Notes under the pieces: generated by a model
What the model was told of the DNA's origin: nothing
Seen by the model: the letters and a program-made list of their open reading frames with translations, nothing else
Database searches by the model: none
Shown here: piece by piece, positions 54,955 to 64,000 of the stretch
How the letters are laid out: the number at the start of each line of letters is the position of its first letter
How positions within the stretch are numbered: the first letter of the stretch is position 1
Translations under genes and position numbers: made by a program
DNA from: Octopus vulgaris
Lineage: Eukaryota
DNA length: 64,000 nt
Assembly (NCBI GenBank): GCA_951406725.2
Contig: OX597830.1
Location: 52,142,001 to 52,206,000, forward strand
Direction of reading: 5' to 3'

Positions 54955-55164
54955 AATCCTTTCTACTAAAGGTACAAGGCCTGAAATTCCGGAGGAGGGA
55001 AGTAGTCATTTACATCGACCCCAGTACTCAACTGGTACTTAATTTATCGACCTCCGAAGGATGAAAGGCAAAGTCGACTTCCGCGGTATTTGAACTGGGA
55101 ATGTAGCGGCAAACACCGCTAAGCATTTTGCCCTGCGTGCTAACGATTTTGCCAGCTTTCCCCC

Positions 55165-55165
<1 letters not shown>
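54955..55165 (-). mobile_element. SINE family A (tail type 2)
   Basis: Body motif present, diverged. Confidence 0.85.
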
Positions 55166-55240
<75 letters not shown>

Positions 55241-55254
55241 TAATAACAATAATG

Positions 55255-55678
55255 ACAAACAAAAATGTAGAAGCTGTATCTGGATCCACAAGACAATACA
55301 CTGTCCAAAAAATAGCCCTGCTAGGAACAGCTCACATCCTACGCGAGACTATCAATCCAATAATGCAACCTAAAAAAACAACCCACAAATACAAGACACT
55401 GTCTATACAGCAGTTATCCAGTGAAATAAACTCCCACCAGCAAACCACGAAACCAAAGCGTTACACACGCAACACACAATACAAGCAGTAAACATAACAA
55501 AATCCAGCACCACACCTCGGAAAAAATAAAAAAATACTAACACAATACAGTACCGAGAAGAGTTTCCACAACCGTAACAGCAGAAGAGGACCCACAATAC
55601 TGCAGACATCCCAGCAACATGGTGGTGTAGAAGGTGATGCAGTAGAAATTTACCTCAATCTATCAAATATTGAACAGT

Positions 55679-55680
<2 letters not shown>
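55255..55680 (+). mobile_element. R4/Dong-like 3' end, second family
   Basis: VQKIALLGTAHILRE; flanked by (TAA)n. Confidence 0.7.
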
Positions 55681-55727
<47 letters not shown>

Positions 55728-55728
<1 letters not shown>

Positions 55729-56230
55729 TGGAAGTGTTATCATGTACATTGTTTTGTCTTGGTATAAAAGATGGGCTACAGCAAATATTCTGCTCAATAC
55801 CACAGATTTGCTTGTCAGTTGTTTGACCTTAACCAGTTGAGCATGCCCCTTAGTGGCTGACGATATGTGCATCTCTGATCACGAGCAGAAGTAGTGGGGG
55901 AACATCATAGCCATGTGTTGAGAAGGATTCTTTGGGGTTTGAATAATTCACCTCTGGAAACATGGGTGTTTCGTTCAACGTCCTTAAACAACCCTTATTC
56001 AGGGACCTTTTGAGCGGGATGGGTTACTCGATCTGAAGAAAATTCTAACTGGGCTCCACCTGCAAGGTCATGTGCTGTTTATCTTGATATGAGATCACCA
56101 TGTCGCGCACATATGGTTGTGATGCATGTGCCTGGTGTACCCTTATCAGACGGGTAGTCATGATGGGTATACTGGGCTTCGTATATTTTACCCCAGTGTC
56201 ACTTTGATGGCATGCTCTGCTCGCTCACTC

Positions 56231-56232
<2 letters not shown>
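55728..56232 (+). mobile_element. ~500-bp non-coding (TAA)n-embedded element (copy 1)
   Basis: Colinear with the reverse complement of 60759-61258. Confidence 0.85.
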
Positions 56233-56298
<66 letters not shown>

Positions 56299-56319
56299 TA
56301 ATAATAATAATAATAATAA

Positions 56320-57555
56320 CGAAAAATGTCAATGAAATTCTGAAATACATCAGAATAAACAACATCACAGAAACAAATAATTTGATCAAAGCAGCAAGTA
56401 TTGTTGTAGCAGAAAATGTGGGTTTTGATATCAAGAAAAAGAAATATAATGGGAATCACAAAAGAAAACCCCCATGGTGGAAAAAAGAATACAGGCAGGG
56501 TTATATATGCTCTCGAAGGAAATTTCTGTGTTAAACCTAAAAGAGAAAGCTTAAAAGTGAAGAAAAATACAGGGAGCTGAAAAGGAAGTATAATATTAAA
56601 AGAAAGGGCCTGAAAATTAGTAGTGGAGAAATTGAAACAGCGCCTCGTTGCAAAGAAAGCAAAGGTTGTAAGATACGACCAAAGAATGAAGGGTTTCCTC
56701 TAGAATAGGTTATTCAGAGTAGATCAGAAGAGATTCTATAAAGAAATAAATGGAGATTGTACAGATGAAAAAGTGATACCAGATAACATCGAAAGTCAAA
56801 GGTTTTGGAGTGACATATAGAGCAAAGACAAGGAGTACAAGAAGGATGCTGAATGGTTACAAGAACTGAAACAAACATTAATCTGTCCAAAACAGGCAGA
56901 ACTCGTCATTTTAGTTAGGGAAGTGAAGGAAGTCATCAAAACAATGAACAACTGGAAGGCCCCGTGACCAGATAGAGTTCAAGGCTACTGGATCAAAAGA
57001 TTTGGTGAATGTCTTGCACGAATAGGTGCACAACTCAACACCTTGTTAAATGCCGACCAAGTAACATCAGAGTGGTTGACATTGGGGAGGACAGTGCTGT
57101 GCCTGAAAAACATCGGAAAAGGCAATACGGTAGACAATTACAGGCCGATATCCTGTTTGCCACTTATGTGGAAGTTATTGACTGGAATACTCGCAGAGTT
57201 AATGTACGAACATCTGGGGAAAAATGGATTCCTGTCACATAAGCAGAAGGGTTGCAAGCGTAAGTGCAGAGGTACCAAGAATCAACTCTTAGGGACTGCA
57301 AGAGGAGGAAAAGTAACTTAGCCATGTCATGGATCGACTATCATAAGGCGTACGATATGATATCACATTCTTGGATTATAGAGTGTATGAACCTACTTGG
57401 TATTGCATCGAAAGTTGAGCGATTGCTTCGAAAAAGTATGGCGAATTGGAGGACGGGCCTCACAACATACGGAAGAAGTTTAGGGACAGTAGAAATTAGG
57501 AGGGGCATCTTCCAAGAGGACTGCCATCCCCACTGATTTTTGTACTGTGCTTGAC
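56320..57555 (+). pseudogene. R4/Dong-clade reverse transcriptase fragment
   Basis: [54 protein letters not shown]; stops and deletions. Confidence 0.88.
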
Positions 57556-58908
57556 TGAGGAAAATACATTGTAAGCACAATTTATGAAATAAATGTAAAT
57601 AGAGAGGTGAGAATGAGAAAATATGCCTGAAACCTTCCCAACATAGCGGAGCCAGACAATCTACTGTTGTCAATCAGTGAACTCCACAGAACTTTAATTA
57701 TCTTACTCTCCACACTTACCATCCTTTCTAAGTGATACTTGAAGGCTTGTCCGAAGAAGAAAACTTCAAACCTTAGTTACTGCAGATTTGTTGCCATAAA
57801 ATGTCTCTTCTCTCGTAACATCTGCCAAACGGAGAAGAAAATGTTATTCCTTACAGGGCCGAAAGAAGAGTGTCTGGTAAGCTTACCGATGAAATAATTG
57901 TCTGATTCAACCCTCACGCAAATAAAAGCTATTTTTCATATGTTCACATAACACTGTTCGGACACTGAGCAAGTCTGTGTGTTTAATTCAAGTCTAGATG
58001 ACAGGTCTTAAGTTCATTCTGAATCAGTAACACTGCATTGTCATAGGTAGAATTTGTGGAAGTAACTCATAGTTATTAAATTAAATATCATCTACCATGA
58101 TTTGCCGTGATTTGCCCAACATTCGTGTTATTTGTACCTAGAGACACCACAAAATATTATTCCGTTGACCCCACTATTAATCCTCTATATAAGAAGCTTC
58201 TCGTCCCCACAGATTGCACTGCTTGATTACTTTAGCAAGAACTGAACTGCCTTTCAGATGCCAAAAACACAAAACAAAGGGACATGTTTCCCAAGAGTAC
58301 AGCTCCTGCATACTACGCAGCACGGACCGATTATCTCTCCACAAAATTTAACGCAGAAAACTCACGATGAGACAAACGTAGTCCTTCTCTCTCTCGAAAT
58401 AACCAATACTCGAACTGGGAGTGAACTTCTGGTTCCCGGAACAACACAGTTGCTTATACAATGAGCCATCAGACAGCTATTAAGATGTTTTCATTTGTGT
58501 ACCTTGAAGTGTTTTTGTTTATTATGCAATCTCTGATGATTAGATGTTGTAAACTTTTCATGGGGTACTTCTTTGTAGGTATGATTGGCGTTATTGTTAA
58601 TGAAATACGCATAATAATGGACAGAATAACGATAAAATGTTAGCACCACACGTTTTCCTCTCTCTTCCGCTTTCCCTATCTCTCTCTGTTTCTCTCTCTG
58701 TCTCTCTTTATCTTTCTTTATATCACTCTCTCTTTCTCCCTCTCTCTCTCTCTCTCTGTCATTATCTCTCTCCTTTTCCCGTTGTATGTATGTGTCTGTA
58801 TGTAAGAGAGAGAGAGAGAGAGAAAGAGAGAGTAAGCAAGCATGCATTTGTTCAATCTAGGTACATACATACAAATACACACGAAAACACAAAACAAACC
58901 CACGCATA

Positions 58909-58955
<47 letters not shown>

Positions 58956-59370
58956 CCACGTACTCACTCATACATGTATTCGTGGGGTGTTTTTGCTTGA
59001 GTTTAAGTATGTCGATCTAGAATAAGTATATAGGCATGCAAGTTTAATCTCTCTTCGGAAACCAAAGATCTAAAAGATGATCACCTCTTCGTAAGTGGAC
59101 GAATTATAAAATCTATCCGGTAGATAAGCCGTGGCTTGTAGACAAATATGTGTGTGTGTATGCTTAGAGAAGAGGTGTACACGGGCGTAGATGCACACAC
59201 ACACACACACACACACACAAGTGAGAGGGACGCAGAGCAGGAAGGAAAGTGACAGGCAAACAGATGTGTCATTTAATATAACGATTGGCATGACATACAT
59301 ATCTAAACTAAGCTTAGATAACTATCCTCATATCATCATCAACATCACCATCGTCGTCGTCGTCGTTAGT

Positions 59371-59408
<38 letters not shown>

Positions 59409-59461
59409 TATTATTATTATCGTCGTCGTCGTCGTCGTCGTCATCATCATCATTATTATTA

Positions 59462-59670
59462 AAGCGACGAGATGGCAGAAACGATAGAACGCAGGGCAAT
59501 ATCCTTAGCTGTATTTCATCAGTCTTCTCATTCTGAGTTCAAATTCCGCCGAGGTCAACTATACCTTTTATCCTTTCGGGGTCGACAAAATAAATACCAG
59601 TCGAGCAGTAGAGTCACTGTAATCGACTTACTCCTCCCCTGAAATTGACCTTCTACCAAAATTTGAAACC
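59462..59670 (+). mobile_element. SINE family A, diverged
   Basis: Head and CCTTTCGGGGTCGA body. Confidence 0.8.
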
Positions 59671-59759
59671 AATATTATTATTATTATTATTATTATTACT
59701 ATTACTACTACTACTACTAATTCTACTACTACTACTATTATTATTATTATTATTATTAT

Positions 59760-59982
59760 TTTATGTTTGACTTTTGCTTTGCATTTGTACAAGTTGGCTC
59801 CAAGTCTCACCCAGAGACCTCAAGAGACAACATGATATATTGGGGAGCTGACATTCTTTAATATGTTGACCCGGTAGTTTCTTGTAGGTAGGCATTGAAT
59901 TTGGGCTGCTATGATAAACCTTTCTGTTCCTGATTTTAAGCCAAAAACTATTATTGTTGTTGTTGTTGTTGTTATTATTATA

Positions 59983-60063
<81 letters not shown>

Positions 60064-60205
60064 TATTATTATTACTATTTATTATTATTATTATTTATTA
60101 TTATTATTATTTTTATTATTATTCTATGTTTGACTTTTGCTTTATATTTGTACAAGAGACAACAGGGTTGGAAGTTCATGTTGTTGTTATGCCTAGTGTG
60201 CCATA

Positions 60206-60287
<82 letters not shown>

Positions 60288-60449
60288 TTGTCTTTGCATA
60301 GCTTCTAACGCCGGAGAAGTTCTACGTTGTCAGCTTGTCACTTCCAGTGAACGAAGGTAACACCCCTTATTTATCGAGCACCATCTGGACTATTCGAGCG
60401 GTTGCAAACAGTGCTGTTTTCTGAAAGTGCACCACCGTTATTGCAGCCC

Positions 60450-60450
<1 letters not shown>
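59760..60450 (-). mobile_element. Cluster of R4/Dong-like fragments separated by (TTA)n
   Basis: LKSGTERFIIAAQIQCLPTRNY (~59870-59945), repeated 3' UTR, FQKTALFATARIVQMVLDK* (60368-60427). Confidence 0.7.
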
Positions 60451-60514
<64 letters not shown>

Positions 60515-60516
60515 TT

Positions 60517-60676
60517 CACGCCGGACGAGATGCTTACCGTTCTGAGTTCCGCCGAGGTCGATTTTGTCTTTCATCCACCCGAGTTCCATTAAGCAAGCAC
60601 CAATTACTCACTGGGGCCGATGTAATCGACTTAATCCATTCCCCAAATTTAAGGCCTTGTGCTTCTAGTAGAAAGA

Positions 60677-60678
<2 letters not shown>
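60517..60678 (+). mobile_element. SINE family A fragment
   Basis: TTCCGCCGAGGTCGA..CTGGGGCCGATGTAATCGAC..AGGCCTTGTG. Confidence 0.7.
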
Positions 60679-60758
<80 letters not shown>

Positions 60759-60760
<2 letters not shown>

Positions 60761-61311
60761 GAGAGTAGTGCATGCCATCAAAGTGATACTGGGGTAAAAT
60801 ATACGAAGCCCAGTATACCCATCATGACTACCCATCTGATAAGGGTAAACTAGGCACATGCATCACAACCATATGTGCGTGACATGATGATCTCATATCA
60901 AAATAAACAGCACATGACCTTGCAGGTGGGGCCCAGTTAGAATTTTCTTCTGGTCGAGTAACCCATCCCGCTCAAAAGGTCCCTAAATAAGCATTGTTTA
61001 AGGTTTTTGAACGAAGCACCCATGCTTCCGATGGTTAATTATTTAAACCCCAAAGAATCCCTCTCAACACATGGCTATGATGCTCCCCTACTACTTCTGC
61101 TCGTGATCAAAGATGCACACATCGGCAGCCACTAAGGGGCATGCTCAACTGGTTAAGGTCAAACAACTGACAATCAAATCTTTGGTATTGAGCAGAATAT
61201 TTGCTGTAGCCCATCTTTTATACCAAGACAAAACAATGTTCATGATAACACTTCCAATCAGTTAAGATGAGAAGCCACAGGAGCCACTGCCTTGTACAGC
61301 AGCAGGGCATT
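60759..61311 (-). mobile_element. ~550-bp non-coding (TAA)n-embedded element (copy 2)
   Basis: Inverted paralog of 55728-56232 with extra 5' sequence. Confidence 0.85.
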
Positions 61312-61361
61312 TATTATTATTATAATTATTATTATTATTATCATCATCATCATCATCATCA

Positions 61362-61398
<37 letters not shown>

Positions 61399-61591
61399 AT
61401 ATTCAATAAACATAATATTCTAAAGATTTTAGTTCAGGTGATTACTTTAGTATTGTGCTGACTTTGGCAAACATAAAATAGACCAAACTATCCATACACA
61501 CATGTAATTAGAAATATACGCTGATACAAATATATTGATACATAGTATATCTATGACCAATTTATATGTATGTGTGGATATGTGAAGGTGT

Positions 61592-61634
<43 letters not shown>

Positions 61635-62218
61635 CATATGTGTGGGTGGGTGGGACATGAGCACACTCTCGTCTGTTTGTTTCTGCCTACATATATATAC
61701 ATGTATAAATATATATACATAATATATATAATAGATACATATACATATATATATGTATGTATGCGTATATGTATGTATGTAAGTATGCATGTATGTATAG
61801 TAATACGTGTATATCAGGGAGTATTTGCATCAATCTTTGTATTATGTATTGTACAATACCTTTCTCTATCCGTTTGATCTTAATAGTGCCCTACATCCCT
61901 CTCTACAACTCTGTCAATCTATGCGCGCGTGTGTGTGTGTGTTTGTGTATGTGTGAGTGTGCATTTTAAATGATATTACTCTCTATTTCTAAATGGTTGC
62001 AAGGGAAGAAAGTTATTGATCACACGCTGTCAACTGCTTTCATGCAGAATAGAAGAATAAGAATTAAAGAATGAGTATTAACCATAGAGAGAACGAAATT
62101 CTTTTAATTTCCGTTAAATGAACACTTAATCTCAGTACTTGCAATAACATACACGTTCATTATCCTCACATCTATTTCGATTTCTCTGTGAGTTTATATG
62201 TATGTGTTTGTGTATGTA

Positions 62219-62260
<42 letters not shown>

Positions 62261-62271
62261 CATTATTATTA

Positions 62272-62303
<32 letters not shown>

Positions 62304-62345
62304 CATTATTATTATTATTATTATTATTATGATATATTGATAGAT

Positions 62346-62394
<49 letters not shown>

Positions 62395-62585
62395 ATTCCT
62401 CGTCTCTTTCCATCTTTCTCTTTGACACCGTTTGTGACCGGACATATCTCTCCCTCTCTGTTACTACCACAGTTTATTTCTCTCTCTCTCTCTCTCTCTG
62501 TCGTATATGTATGAATGTATGTATGTATATATGTATATATATGTGTTTATATATATGTTTGTGCATGGATCTATGTATATACGGT

Positions 62586-62623
<38 letters not shown>

Positions 62624-62626
62624 GTA

Positions 62627-62674
<48 letters not shown>

Positions 62675-63099
62675 TATCTACATATATAAACATTCTTCCA
62701 CATATATGTATGTGTATGTGTGTGTGCGTGTGTTTGTGTGCATCTGCTCGTGTGTATCTACGTATATCAATTATCGATCTGGTTAGGTTTATATTAACGA
62801 AATAATCGAACTAAGCTTTAATGTTTAATAATATTTCATATTTAACTAAAACTGGCAAAATCAAAACTATAAATGCCCCTTTGAACAAAATACGAGGTGG
62901 CTTTATGATGTTTACACATTTACGAAATGTTGAAGAAATAAGGGAAATTATGCTTTCATGAATACAAATGCAAACATTATATATGTGTGTGTGTGTGTAT
63001 AAATACATAGATGTCTATGTATTCATACACACAAATATATAGATGAGTATATATGTACAAAATGACAAAGGTTTACGTCTTCATGTGTTGTAAGAATTA

Positions 63100-63640
63100 G
63101 AAGGCATTAAATCCTATCCATCATGGCCGATCTACACCAGTTCTCGCTTCTTCCGTCCATCTTGTCCTCCTGTAGTTTTGCTCTGTCTTGCAACAACAGC
63201 ACTTGTTATTCTCAGGCAGGCTCTATTACTGTTCCCTTTTTTTCCAGCTTCCGTGCCATTATAACCTTGGCTTGTCGAGTGACTGTCAGGCAACATATCC
63301 TCTGCCAGCCGGAACCGATGCAGTGCCAAGATCTTTTGCAGCAACCTGGGCTAGATTCATTCACAAGATTTTCTTATTTTGTAATTCTACTTTATAAATG
63401 ACTTGTATAGGCAACGTTGCGCCTTATACCTTCATTGATATTTTTCCATGGTATAACAGCTTAAAGAATTCTTGGCCGTACTCCTGCTCTTTATTGCCTG
63501 ATCATTATCCTGGTCGTGATTCGTGGTATGAAGCAGATATAGCTTCATAATACGCATCAGGAATATGCGTGATAGGAATCTAACCCTGAAATATGATTCG
63601 TGCGTCGGAATTTCTTCCGTTCGCATCACTTCCTAAGCAT
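63100..63640 (-). mobile_element. Possible decayed RTE-like LINE 3' end
   Basis: Weak minus-strand resemblance to RTE ORF C-terminus (QDGRKKRELV). Confidence 0.3.
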
Positions 63641-64000
63641 CCGTCACAATTGATCAGAAGTGATAGGTGTACGCAAAATTTGCTAAGTCGCAACTACGGC
63701 GAAATACGTATTTGTCGCGTTTGTGATTACTTCCGGGGCGACTACATTTCTGAAGTATATTGTTTTTAACAGTATATGTGTTGAAAGTTATTTTTCCCGG
63801 ATGAAAATCCGCTGCATTTGGCGTTTAAATAGCTCACATGTGTTATGTAGCATTGATATTGTTTTCATTACAGAGCTCCTTCTAACGCACAATTTGAATA
63901 TATAAGTTTATGCATATGTATACACACACACACATGCACACACAAACACACACCCACACACGCACACGCACATACACACACTCTCACACACTAACATACA

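Overview
AT-rich, microsatellite-saturated eukaryotic non-coding DNA. The SINE families and repeat composition suggest a coleoid cephalopod, probably Octopus (inference). No host protein-coding gene, rRNA, tRNA or CRISPR array is recognisable, and almost all listed ORFs are microsatellite translations. The window is a patchwork of transposon relics: pogo/Tigger, several mariners, maT (DD37D), rosa (DD41D), a Chapaev3-like element nested in a mariner, a hAT MITE, Helitron-like ends, CR1-group, R4/Dong and RTE LINE fragments, a Penelope-like (GIY-YIG) element and at least three SINE families. The most notable signal is a set of short, mostly unrelated elements, mainly in (TA)n/(TG)n tracts and often folded back as palindromes. 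They carry minimal type I hammerhead-ribozyme motifs whose 3-8 core pair is C-G, G-C or U-A in different elements. One has a ~347-nt direct-repeat unit predicted to fold as a rod with the hammerhead at its tip (retrozyme-like). All structures and alignments were read by eye, not computed; boundaries are approximate unless a TIR or TSD is quoted.
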